64,000 nt of DNA from Stylophora pistillata (Eukaryota): contig NW_019217784.1 of NCBI RefSeq assembly GCF_002571385.2, positions 1,111,387 through 1,175,386 on the forward strand, written 5' to 3'. Below are positions 23,801 to 33,498 of the stretch, piece after piece. The position numbers and the translations under genes are program-made. Position 1 is the stretch's first letter, and every line of letters starts with the position of its first letter. Under the pieces are notes generated by a model. The model ran no database searches and was not told where the DNA came from. It saw only the letters and a program-made list of their open reading frames with translations.

Positions 23801-24283
23801 TTCATATCAATGCAAAATTAAACAATATTATATTATAGCTACGTTTGAAGACTCAGGTTGACAAAAAAAATTCACTTGGTATCAACCTGTTAACAAATAT
23901 TATTGAGATACAAAATCTAACGTAGAGAAGAAAGAAAAAACTCCCTTTAGTCAATTCAACCTCACCGCGGAGTCAAACCATGATTTAAGAAGCTTTTCGC
24001 ACAAGTTTGGAATTCGCGTCCTGATTTGATCGTTAGGGTAAAGTTCATATTTATTATGCATATTTTATAAGCAATTTGGGAGACGCAGTATTCCTTCTCC
24101 CCAAGTAGCTCTTTTCCTTTCCTCTCAATATTACTAGCGCAACCAAAGCACAGATTATGTCTGATACATTCTTCCGCGTGATGAACAGCAGACAAAAATG
24201 TTCAAAATTATCCACTTGCCATGAAGTTGAATAGTTGCTTGATCTCCATCTGGACTTTGCAACTCAACAATATCGCTCATCAT
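20801..24283 (-). CDS. Glucose-6-phosphate 1-epimerase (D-hexose-6-phosphate mutarotase, aldose 1-epimerase family), 11 exons, 277 aa
   Basis: Exons 24220-24283, 23741-23792, 23485-23543, 23209-23288, 22909-22982, 22403-22473, 21892-21998, 21496-21560, 21117-21211, 20985-21043, 20801-20908. Family motifs HGATVTSWK, KAIRGGIPVVFPNFG, QHGFAR, FTTLLHTYL, DTVVWNPW and MLCVEAG. Confidence 0.93.
21626..21813. mobile_element. piggyBac-like MITE, degenerate
   Basis: CCCTTTAACTTGCAAGA ... TTCTGGGAGTTAAAGAA imperfect TIRs. Same size class and internal layout as 9074-9252. Confidence 0.5.
22618..22853. mobile_element. Truncated hairpin-plus-inverted-repeat element
   Basis: TTTATTATACGACT (~22690) is inverted against AGTCGTGTAATAAA (~22839). 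It is preceded by what looks like one arm of a hairpin, cut off at the ambiguous base at 22617. Confidence 0.5.
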
Positions 24284-24466
24284 TCGAAGATACGAATTGG
24301 AAATATTCCCTGATCTCAACGGTAAGAAAAAAAGTAATCCAAAGACCGTCAATATTGGCCCTTTTGCCCGAAGAGGAGTTTATTATTGGCGCTTGTTACA
24401 CAAAGTTAAACTGACTCCGCTGAACAGTATTTTGGTTTCCTGAAGCTCAAATCTTTGTGCAAACCC

Positions 24467-24558
24467 TAATCTCCTTCGCAGCCGTCTTTCGGGATGTAAC
24501 GAAACGCTCCCCCGAAAGCGTTCCGTGACATCCCGAAAGACGGCTGCGAAGGAGACTA
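24467..24558. mobile_element. 92-bp palindromic miniature DNA transposon with 9-bp target duplication
   Basis: TAATCTCCTTCGCAGCCGTCTTTCGGGATGT... / ...ACATCCCGAAAGACGGCTGCGAAGGAGACTA folds back on itself. Flanks TGCAAACCC (24458-24466) and TTCAAACCC (24559-24567) match at 8 of 9 positions. Confidence 0.85.
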
Positions 24559-24932
24559 TTCAAACCCGGTAGAGAATACGCCGACGGTCAGTTTCGAGCA
24601 AGGGAAAGATCGAACCAATTTGAATTACAATTTTTGCTCGTTTTACTTTTCAGTTATCCATTTATTTTTTCAGATAATAGTTTATTTGTTTGTTTATTTA
24701 CTTATCATTTATCTATTAATATATTCATTTCATGATTTATGTAATCATTTATCTTATCATTGTATATTGTGTTCAGCTTTCCTCTCTTTGCTCGTTACCT
24801 GTCTTACAGTCAACAATATATATTGTGCGAGAATCGAAAACATCTGCTCATCGATCACCACTGACCAGCAGCTCACAAGTGTTATAGAGAATACAGTAAT
24901 TCCCATGTGACTACCGACCACTATGCAATGAA

Positions 24933-25562
24933 TTAGGAAAAATTACAGCATTTCTGTCGATTAGTTGATTCAGCAGGTAACTGATCGCTGTTCAAACCTA
25001 AGTTTTTGCCTGGGGGAGTGGCCGTTATAAGTAAACCATTCGCCAGTTTTTCGTTTAGTTCTTCAACCATCGTGTAAAACACATCATCAACGTTAGTGTC
25101 ATTTTTCGCGCTTGTTTCAACGAACGAAACGCCAATGTCCTTGGCGAATTTTTTTGCCACTGCATAGTCAACTTGTCGTTTACCTTCTAGATCACATTTA
25201 TTTCCTACAAGAAGTCTGCTTACTCTGGCTCCCGCGTTCCGTTCGATTTCTCTTAACCATTGATCGATGTGCAAAAAACTTTCCATCCAATTAACATCGT
25301 ACACCAAGATGATTCCGTGCGCGTTTCGGTAATAACTCGCCGAAATCGAGCGAAATCGTTCCTGTCCCGCGGTATCCCATATTTGTAGTCTGACAATTTT
25401 TTCTCCCACATTCATCGTGCGTATTTTGAAGTCCACTCCTATGGTGCTTATAAAACTCTCTGTGAACTTGTCGTCTATGAAGCGCATCAATAGGCACGAT
25501 TTTCCAACACCAGAATCGCCTATCACAAGGATTTTGAACAAGTTGTCGTAATCTGGATTCAT
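24933..25562 (-). CDS. Rab1-like small GTPase, intronless CDS, 209 aa
   Basis: G-boxes [23 protein letters not shown]; Rab motif [11 protein letters not shown]; Rab1-like start MNPDYD; C-terminal CCNFS. Confidence 0.93.
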   Translation of the reverse strand: MNPDYDNLFKILVIGDSGVGKSCLLMRFIDDKFTESFISTIGVDFKIRTMNVGEKIVRLQIWDTAGQERFRSISASYYRNAHGIILVYDVNWMESFLHIDQWLREIERNAGARVSRLLVGNKCDLEGKRQVDYAVAKKFAKDIGVSFVETSAKNDTNVDDVFYTMVEELNEKLANGLLITATPPGKNLGLNSDQLPAESTNRQKCCNFS

Positions 25563-26654
25563 TAGGAAGATATCTCTGTGTTGTCTCTGGACGGAGCCGT
25601 TGAGGGTTTGCTTTATATGAACCAGAAATTAATGAAAGTTGAAGAGCTTTGAAACCCGATTTGTTGTCAATTCGTATGCCGGCTGTCAGTGAATATATTT
25701 TGCGGTCCACTGCCCGGCACTATATGATATGCACGCATGCAAATGTGTTGAGCCCAGAAGCCTCTAAGAGATCATTGAACCTCTTACTCGACATCCTCAA
25801 ACCGGGTTACCGGCCTTCTGCAGCCCCCGAGAGAAAGCCTCAATTCTTGGGGGAAAAAAACCCTGTCATTGTATATCTGCTTTTTTATTTGCCTGCCTAA
25901 CGGCCAACCATGCAAGGTAAAGTGTCGATACTTTCATGTTGATGCCAATTGTAGATTTCCCGATGTCGTTGTTACTAGATTCATGTTACTTTTAGTAGTC
26001 AGTAATAACAGACCACTTTTCATATCCATGTTAAAGCAACAAAAATATTTATTAGGTTAAACTGAACATCTACGCTTCATCTTTTGTCATTTTTAATTAA
26101 AAAAAAAAGCTTATTCATGCGCTCGGAATTTACCCAAAATGTTGAAATCAAATGACGTGGTCTGAGATTTGAAATTTCTAACGAAACAACGAAACAAAAC
26201 GAAACGTCGCATCCAACTGAAGAGGTCTGTGGACGAGACTAGTTTTGTAGTAGGCGTGTTTTAAAGTGCGTTGAAAGTTAATTTTAATGGGGTTTTTGTT
26301 TTCAATATGATGTTGAAATCAAACTTTACCCGATTCAGAGAATTGAAATTTTTCCCCATGTGCATAAATTACTTGAAAGCTAGTTTCCCTCCACAATTAT
26401 GTTTTAAATATTATTCTTTTTTTTTTCCTTGATATCATTTTCCAATTGCAATGAAAGGAAGTGTTTCTTTATCCCCCTTTGCAGTGTCCCTCGTATCCAA
26501 TCGAATACACCCCTGCACACATGCAGGTTACAATTTTACCATATTCTTTGAAGACAAATGTATGATCATAAGCTCTCTTGAAGTAATTGTCTTGTTTATG
26601 AGCAAATATCGAGGCACGTGCTATTCGTAACCATCACAAATATTTACTTCTCAA

Positions 26655-27278
26655 TCATGAGAAACTGCAACATTTCGGCCACTTGCTTGTATTAATCGGT
26701 GTACTGTCTTTCAAACTTAAATTTTCGCTTTCACCATCGGGAGAAGGAAGTGGTGACCCAAGCTTCTCCCTTAGTTCTTCCGCCATTGTATAAAACACAT
26801 TGTCAACATTGGTTCTGTCCTTTGCGCTGGTTTCAATGAAAGAAATATGAAGTCTTTGCGCGAAACTTTTGGCCACCTCGTACCCAACTTGGCGTTTCCC
26901 TAACAAGTCACATTTATTCCCTACAAGAAGTTTATTTACACCGCCGCAAGCGTATCTTTCTATTTCTTCCAGCCACTGATTAATGTGCAAATAAGTTTCT
27001 TTTTCATTCACGTCATATACCATGATGATCCCATGTGCGCTTCGATAATATGCTGTCGTTAGCGTGCGAAAACGCTCTTGACCAGCAGTGTCCCAAATTT
27101 GTAGCTTAACGACTTTTCCCCCAACAATTATGGTCCGTATTTTGAAGTCCACTCCTATAGTGCTTATGAAACTCTCCGTAAACGTATCATCTGCGAAGCG
27201 GATCAGGAGACATGATTTTCCAACGCCGGAGTCCCCTATCAGGAGAAGTTTAAACAAATAATCGTAATCCGGATTCAT
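26655..27278 (-). CDS. Rab1-like small GTPase, intronless CDS, 207 aa
   Basis: [68 protein letters not shown]; C-terminal CCSFS. Confidence 0.95.
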   Translation of the reverse strand: MNPDYDYLFKLLLIGDSGVGKSCLLIRFADDTFTESFISTIGVDFKIRTIIVGGKVVKLQIWDTAGQERFRTLTTAYYRSAHGIIMVYDVNEKETYLHINQWLEEIERYACGGVNKLLVGNKCDLLGKRQVGYEVAKSFAQRLHISFIETSAKDRTNVDNVFYTMAEELREKLGSPLPSPDGESENLSLKDSTPINTSKWPKCCSFS

Positions 27279-27439
27279 TGGGAAAATATATTAAGATGAA
27301 GTTCGTCGGACTCTACACATTAAAGCAAAAATCTGCTCAGTAATTCAGTTGTCAGTAGCTGTCTTATCAGTGGTAAATTGAGAGCTAATTTCCATATCCA
27401 TGAAAATATAGTTTCCTTTGTCATGTTATCTTTGTTGAA

Positions 27440-27900
27440 TTTTCTAAGGGTACCTGCTGTTGCGCAAGGTGACGTCAGGAAAAAAGAGGAAACACGCATG
27501 CGTCTCACGGGTATAGTTGGAAGTCGTTAACGGGACTATGTAAAGAGAATTGTAACTTTCATTTGCATAAGTTCCTTTACTTGGTTTGTGAGTGCACGAG
27601 ACACGTTAAGCAGAGCACGTACAAACAAAAAAAAACATGTGCAGTCTGTAGCTGAACTCAACGATTGATTTATTTTCTTGCTGATTTATCTCTCGCTTTT
27701 GTTTGCTTGTTCACTAATTCAAGAACTCAATCTGAATTAAAACTAAGACAAACATCAAATTTTTCAAATCCCACTAAAGGCCCTGCGTGACTCTGTCACG
27801 GGGTGAGAAAATGACTTGTTGTGTTGCGTGATAATGGATCCGAGCTTTCCAAGATGTCGCCTGGGAACTACAAACTGTTTTGGCCGCCATTTTTACCACT
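27440..27900. promoter_or_regulatory. Putative divergent promoter region between the Rab1-like gene and the repeat-protein gene
   Basis: Full CRE TGACGTCA (27470-27477), NRF1-like CGCATGCG (~27495), octamer ATTTGCAT (27561-27568) and YY1-like GCCGCCATTTT (~27883). Confidence 0.45.
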
Positions 27901-28192
27901 CATGTATCCTTCGAACGTTTCGTAAATTGCTATTGTAGAATATCTTGAGAAGTCATCGGTGTGAAAGTATTTTTTTAGTATCAGTTGCTTCGTGCTACAA
28001 AGAATACGTCTTTGTATTGTTGATTTTATCATGTTGGGTAGTTCGACTGAGCGAGTGACGAAATCTATGTAAGAACAACCGATCGCATCCTTGTTACTGC
28101 AAAGGTACGCCTAAAGATGCTAGAGCATTTTTCAGTTTCGAAGAATTATCACCAGATGTCTTTGTTTCTTGAAGTTTGGGAAAAAAGAAGAA

Positions 28193-28322
28193 AAGATTTC
28201 CGTATAACCCCATACCAGTCAAAAACAAAGCCGTGATCCCAAAGGTAATCTGTTGTTATCCTCTGCTTTCTTTTATCCAAGAATTGTATGCATGACGAAG
28301 TATAGGGTTATACGGAAATCTT
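28193..28322. mobile_element. 130-bp MITE in the probable 5'UTR intron of the repeat-protein gene
   Basis: TIRs AAGATTTCCGTATAACCCCATAC ... GTATAGGGTTATACGGAAATCTT, matching at 22 of 23 positions. Confidence 0.75.
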
Positions 28323-28513
28323 ACCAAAAAGAAAGCTGTATCCATCTTAATACATAGAAATTTTGCCCTATATGATAGATATTTCTTATTTTCCTACAAG
28401 GTATAATTATTATTGTTGTTGATATTATTCAAAGTGGCTTTTGTTTCATTACGTGTTTTTATATTCAACAGGTGAAGGGTCCTATACAGTCCAGAGTAGA
28501 CTGTCCAGTAATA

Positions 28514-31273
28514 ATGAATAGCAGAAGACAACTAACCAGGAAAAAAGCTGATGAGAGCCTTTCTGTGAATACCTTCATAAAACAGAACATGCTGCACTCA
28601 AGTCTAAACCAAGAGGCTCATGACCTCAAGGTTTTGTTGCATAAAATTGATGTTGGTAAGTGTATTCCATTGCCAGGGAAAATCGGATTTTCAATACAGT
28701 ATTTACCTTCTGCTGCTAAACACTTTGGCAAGAAGAGAGTGGGTCATGTGACAGAAGACTCCACACAGAGGAAATCTAGAAGAATTTTGAATACAGGCAC
28801 ATGTTGTTCTGGTACCTGTCTTGGGTGCACAAGTGGAGAGAGATGTGATAAATTCAAGCGACGAAGCCGGAGGGTGAAGGTCGCTGCTCGAATGAGTGTT
28901 GCCAATCCTTGCCTTACGCTCTCAGCAAAGGGTGGTGAAAATTCCTGCTACTTAAAAAGAAATCAGCTTTACTCAGTTCCTCCTGAAATGCCAGGCAGTC
29001 CATTGAAACAGCAAAGATCATCTCAAGGCTTATCATTACCAGGAGCAATACCACAACAAGCGAGTAAAAGTCACTATAATCGGACATATTCAGCTACGAC
29101 TAATGAAGTAGCACCTGTTTCTTGTATTTCTTCTGAGGCATCCAGTTACAGAAAGACGTCAGCATCAGAAAATGGAACTCTGCCACTATTTTCTATTGCA
29201 GCATCTTCAAACATGAGGACGCTAAAAGTAGAAGACGCCAACGCACAACAAGGCCATTCGCCATCCTCAACAACCACAGTGCAATCAGAAAATCCCATCG
29301 TCGCGCCTTTGAGCAGCCCTAACATGCATCTTTCAGGCAGTCTAAGACCATTTGTTAGTGCAGCCTCTCCAAATGTGAGGTCAGTTAAAGTGGAGGACGC
29401 CAACAAACACCAATGCCGTTTTTCATCCTCAATAACCACGGTTCATAAAAGGAATTCTGTCTTCGTTCCTTTTAGCAGTCCCATAATGTTTCCTGCGGTT
29501 AACCTGCCACCATCTCCAGATATGGCTTCCTCAAACGTCAGGCCAGCAGTTGAAACGGTGCATGCAGGGAACTCCTTTTTTGGCCCAAACATGCATCTTT
29601 CAAGAAATCTGCAACCACACTTTAGTGCGGCATCTTCAAACGTCAGGCCAGTAGTAACCACGGTACTAACCGTAAACTCCACTGTTGTGTCTTTGAGCAG
29701 CCCAAACATGCATCCTTCGGGCAGAGTAAGACCATCCCCCAGTACAGCGTCTTTAAATGTCCAACCAGCAGAAACCGTGGTACATTCTGGGACTTCCATT
29801 GTCTTACCTTTGAGCAGCCCAAACATGCATCCTTCAAGAAACCTGCGACCATACTTTAGTGCGGCATCTTCAAATGTCAGGCCTGGAGTAACCACGGAAC
29901 TTACCGTAAACTCCACTGTTGTACCTTTGAGCAGCCCAAACATGCATCCTTCGGGCAAAGTACGACCATTCCCTAGTACAGCGTCTTTAAACGTCCAGCC
30001 AGCAGAAACCGCGGTGCATTCTGGGAATTCCATTGTCTTGCCCTTAAGCAGCCCAAACATGCATCCTTCGGGGAAAGTACGACCATTCCCTAGTACAGCG
30101 TCTTTAAATGTCCAGCCAGCAGAAACCGCGGTGCATTATGGGAATTCCATTGTCTTGCCCTTGAGCAGCCCAAACATGCATCCTTCAAGTAGTCTGCGAC
30201 TATCCCCTAGTACGGAGTCTTTAAACGTCCAGTCGGCAGTAAACACGGTACACACGAGGTATTCTACTGCCTTTCCTTTGAGCAGCCCAAACATACATCC
30301 TTCGGGCAATCTGCGACCATCTCATAGTGTGGCGTCTTCAAACGTCACGCCAGTAGTGGTAGTCAACGCACAGCAAAGCCGTTTGCCACAATCAGTAACT
30401 GTGATAAATACAGGAAATTCTGTTGTTATGAATACGGTGCCGCCTCAAACACCCTCAGCAAATCTACAGCGGTGTTATCCTTTAGTAACACGTCCTTTCT
30501 TTCCTCCGTCAGGCTTGCAGCAGTCTAGCATTCAGTGTGTTCCTTTGGCGCCTCAACCAACTCCTGTCTATCGTTTAGTGCAACCATTTCATTTTGCTAC
30601 TGTGAGCGGGTCCTCCATGAGTAAAAATGGTGATATTCCTGTGCCTTCTGCTCAGTCAGTTAGCACCAATCTGAACGAGAATAGGGCTGGTCTTGTCCAC
30701 AAGGGCACTGCTCATTTAGATAGTCATCAGGAAGTATTACCAAAACCCTGGACTCAATTTCCTCAGTGTGAGAGTTTAAGCGAAAGAAAGAGACAACTTG
30801 ACCAGGCGTGTGATAAGCTCACTCGTTGTTTGATTGTAGTGACAAGCCAGAGCAAAATACGTGGTGATTTTGATTTTCTTGTTCAAAATTATCGTACGAG
30901 CTGTGAACAAGATCCCTCCAACGCGATAATTATCGATAACATGGAAGCACTCAAACATTTTCTCAAGATCACGGAGTGTAAGTTGAAGGAAGAATCCCAC
31001 GTACTTCAAAATTCTTGTCAGTCATTGCAATCACACATTGAGAAATACCAGGAGAGTATCCGTACTGAAGGAAAGAACTATAAAAAACTCATGGACGCCA
31101 AACTCTGCACGGAGAAAAATATTAACATAATTGATGAAAACAAAGCAGCAGAAATAAAGCGTGAAAATGACGAGATGAAAACAGAACTGAGTGAGCTTCG
31201 AGTGAAAATGGCAGAGCTTCGAAAAGAAAAGGATAAACTGTCCGAGAAATGGTTAAGACTGGCTGATGCATAG
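28514..31273 (+). CDS. Uncharacterised protein (~919 aa): Cys/basic N-terminus, Ser/Pro/Val-rich 39-aa tandem repeats, C-terminal coiled coil
   Basis: A 2.8-kb uninterrupted ORF begins right after a polypyrimidine/CAG acceptor at 28471; the first ATG is at 28514. A candidate upstream donor AAAG|GTACGC lies at ~28104. The last ~100 aa are heptad-like and E/K-rich. Confidence 0.75.
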   Translation: MNSRRQLTRKKADESLSVNTFIKQNMLHSSLNQEAHDLKVLLHKIDVGKCIPLPGKIGFSIQYLPSAAKHFGKKRVGHVTEDSTQRKSRRILNTGTCCSGTCLGCTSGERCDKFKRRSRRVKVAARMSVANPCLTLSAKGGENSCYLKRNQLYSVPPEMPGSPLKQQRSSQGLSLPGAIPQQASKSHYNRTYSATTNEVAPVSCISSEASSYRKTSASENGTLPLFSIAASSNMRTLKVEDANAQQGHSPSSTTTVQSENPIVAPLSSPNMHLSGSLRPFVSAASPNVRSVKVEDANKHQCRFSSSITTVHKRNSVFVPFSSPIMFPAVNLPPSPDMASSNVRPAVETVHAGNSFFGPNMHLSRNLQPHFSAASSNVRPVVTTVLTVNSTVVSLSSPNMHPSGRVRPSPSTASLNVQPAETVVHSGTSIVLPLSSPNMHPSRNLRPYFSAASSNVRPGVTTELTVNSTVVPLSSPNMHPSGKVRPFPSTASLNVQPAETAVHSGNSIVLPLSSPNMHPSGKVRPFPSTASLNVQPAETAVHYGNSIVLPLSSPNMHPSSSLRLSPSTESLNVQSAVNTVHTRYSTAFPLSSPNIHPSGNLRPSHSVASSNVTPVVVVNAQQSRLPQSVTVINTGNSVVMNTVPPQTPSANLQRCYPLVTRPFFPPSGLQQSSIQCVPLAPQPTPVYRLVQPFHFATVSGSSMSKNGDIPVPSAQSVSTNLNENRAGLVHKGTAHLDSHQEVLPKPWTQFPQCESLSERKRQLDQACDKLTRCLIVVTSQSKIRGDFDFLVQNYRTSCEQDPSNAIIIDNMEALKHFLKITECKLKEESHVLQNSCQSLQSHIEKYQESIRTEGKNYKKLMDAKLCTEKNINIIDENKAAEIKRENDEMKTELSELRVKMAELRKEKDKLSEKWLRLADA
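29584..30360 (+). repeat. Coding minisatellite, 117-nt (39-aa) period, ~7 copies
   Basis: CCCAAACAT (PNM/PNI) recurs at 29584, 29701, 29818, 29935, 30052, 30169 and 30286. Longer degenerate units lie upstream. Confidence 0.95.
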
Positions 31274-31520
31274 AAACAGGAAGGCCTTTTAATGCATCAG
31301 CATCAAACAATGGAAAGTGGACAGATAAACCGTAAGAGAAATAGTTAAAAATGGCTGAGGTATAGAAGCAGGAAAGCTTTTTTTTAATTCATCAGCTTCA
31401 AACAATGGAAAGTGGACTGATGAACTGAAAAAGAAATAGTTAAAACTGGCTATGTATAGAAACAGGAAGGCTTTTTGAGGCATCAGCTTCAAACAATGGA
31501 AAGTGGACTGATGGACTGTA
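31230..31520 (+). repeat. ~93-bp tandem repeat x3 spanning the stop codon
   Basis: AAACAATGGAAAGTGGAC at 31305, 31400 and 31491. Each unit includes a copy of the ...TGGCT...ATAGAA stop region. Confidence 0.9.
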
Positions 31521-32010
31521 AATACTGAAGGACTGTAGATAATTTTTGCAATTGATGGGCAGAAACTAACTCCATTTAGATACGAATATTCAAGAATATA
31601 ATGAGGGTTTCAACGGGATGATATGTTTCACGGCAAACATTTAATATGTTGTCATTGTTGTATGACTAGCGGTTAAAATTTGTCAGTTTTTTTTACAAGC
31701 GGCTAAAGTTCTCGGCCGTTTCCCGTGAGAATATTTTTATGATCTAGAATGTACTGGAGCGATGACTGGAATTTTTCAATTGTCTGCGATACGGTAAGCT
31801 TGCCCTATAATATCGCATGTTACCTGTAACGTTTTAATTTTGTAAAACTTCTGTAACCCTTTCTCTCCCCGCCCCCCTCCCCCATGCAAAAAGGGGATTA
31901 GGGGTGGGACATTAAATAGTGGATAACAGGTTTGTCGGTAATAGTGATTATTAAATTCTCGCCAAATATTTCATTCCTAGTATCCTGATTGGTTCACCCA
32001 ATTCTGGTTA

Positions 32011-32273
32011 TTTAACAACTATTGACCAAGGTGGAGGTAGCAAGTGCTCATCGCTGCTAACCACCGACGCTGAGGTGAATACTCACTTAAACAGTGAGAT
32101 AATAAAGCACAAAATGATGACTTAAACTAATTTATTCCTGCGTCGATGATAATATTTTCGGACCCAAATCCCGCGTGCGTGGCTCAGAAGTGAATGGCAA
32201 AACATATTTGGTGTTGTAAAACCTAATCAGAGCGCGCCTTCAACGCTATCTTCTGTTTTATTTTATATTAAAT
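32011..32273. mobile_element. Degenerate hairpin-plus-inverted-repeat element
   Basis: Decayed hairpin (CTATTGACC...GGTGAATA), then AAACAGTGAGATA inverted against TATCTTCTGTTT near the far end. Junction partly deleted. Confidence 0.4.
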
Positions 32274-33093
32274 ACGGCTTATTCAGGATATCACTTTACT
32301 TGGAAAATGATCTACCCAAATGTACCTGAGCTGAATTTGTCTCTTCTCGCACTTGGAGATCAGGACAAAAAATGTGACCACTATCAGACCGTTCCTTGTG
32401 CCTTCTTACAGTTTTATCAATTCCTTATCCTCAGCTCAGTTGTAGCGTTAACTACACTGACTCTTATTTTATCATTTTCCCTCCATTTTATATAAAAACC
32501 TTACTGCTTGATCACCGACAACAAAATATCTTGATTGGCTATTTCTCTCTTTCCTCACCACCATGAGTATACAATATTTGAATACCAAAAGAATTCCTCT
32601 TGAATTCGAAAGAAAGTTCGTATGATCTCACCGCTAAATTGAAACTGCGAAAGGTTAACTATTTTTTGATAGTGCGAAAGAACAACAAGGTTTTGTCCAC
32701 CCTCCCCCCCCCTTTCTATTTTCGAACGATAGCTTCACAAAGTAATAAATTGCAGTTAGATAACTTTCCTACTTCGCTAAAGGAAACATCGGGTTACCAA
32801 TCAGGAACACTGAAAACGTTGAGATGATCCTTGTGGTCTGAGCCATCGCACTTGCAGACTGTCATGCACAAGGTTGTCAATTTTTTTATTTATATTTTTT
32901 TCATAAGGACACCATAAAACCCACTCTGGCCTTTCAAAGGTATGTTACTTAATTTATACCCTATCGTTGTTTTACAATTTAAATTTTTTGCTTTTAAAGT
33001 AGGAGGATTTCAGAAAAAAGATTAAGAAACAATAGATTGAATCATTATACACAAGATGGCATTTTTAAAAAAGGAATCTAATTAAAACATCAA

Positions 33094-33498
33094 CTAATCG
33101 TGAGGTCCCGCCAAAGTAAACATTTCTTGGTAAACCATGTGCCAGACAAACTTCCGCTCGTTTTCTACTAATTCGTTGAGGCAAGTGTTACCAATAAGCT
33201 GGTAAGGAAGAGAAATATCATTTTCTCTTGACGCAAGACATAACTGACCGTAAACTTCGTATAACGATGGGGAGCTGACGGATTGATCGAACCCATTTCC
33301 GTTCTCGCAGCCGGGAGGAGCGTTCACACCGGCAGGAATTTTGTCCACTTCTACGAATCGTCCTAAATACATACATGCCTGGACTGATCTGCTTTCAATT
33401 TCTCTTCTGTGATATTTGGCACTCATAACCCAAGATGTACAGCGTGGACTCATCGGTTCACTGTCGTTATCATTCAAAACATTATCTCTGTGATACAA
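33094..33498 (-). CDS. Hypothetical protein (possible last or only coding exon)
   Basis: 134-codon ORF with balanced composition and higher GC than its flanks. It starts just after an acceptor-like TTTCATTTGTATCACAG and has internal ATGs. No family recognised. Confidence 0.4.
   Translation of the reverse strand: MYHRDNVLNDNDSEPMSPRCTSWVMSAKYHRREIESRSVQACMYLGRFVEVDKIPAGVNAPPGCENGNGFDQSVSSPSLYEVYGQLCLASRENDISLPYQLIGNTCLNELVENERKFVWHMVYQEMFTLAGPHD

Noticed and set aside
29146-30060. Minus-strand ORFs of 97 and 205 aa
   Set aside because: Antisense shadows of the coding tandem repeat in the long plus-strand ORF.
29584-31520. CRISPR-like arrays
   Set aside because: The repeats are contiguous tandem units without unique spacers, and the context is eukaryotic with no cas genes.
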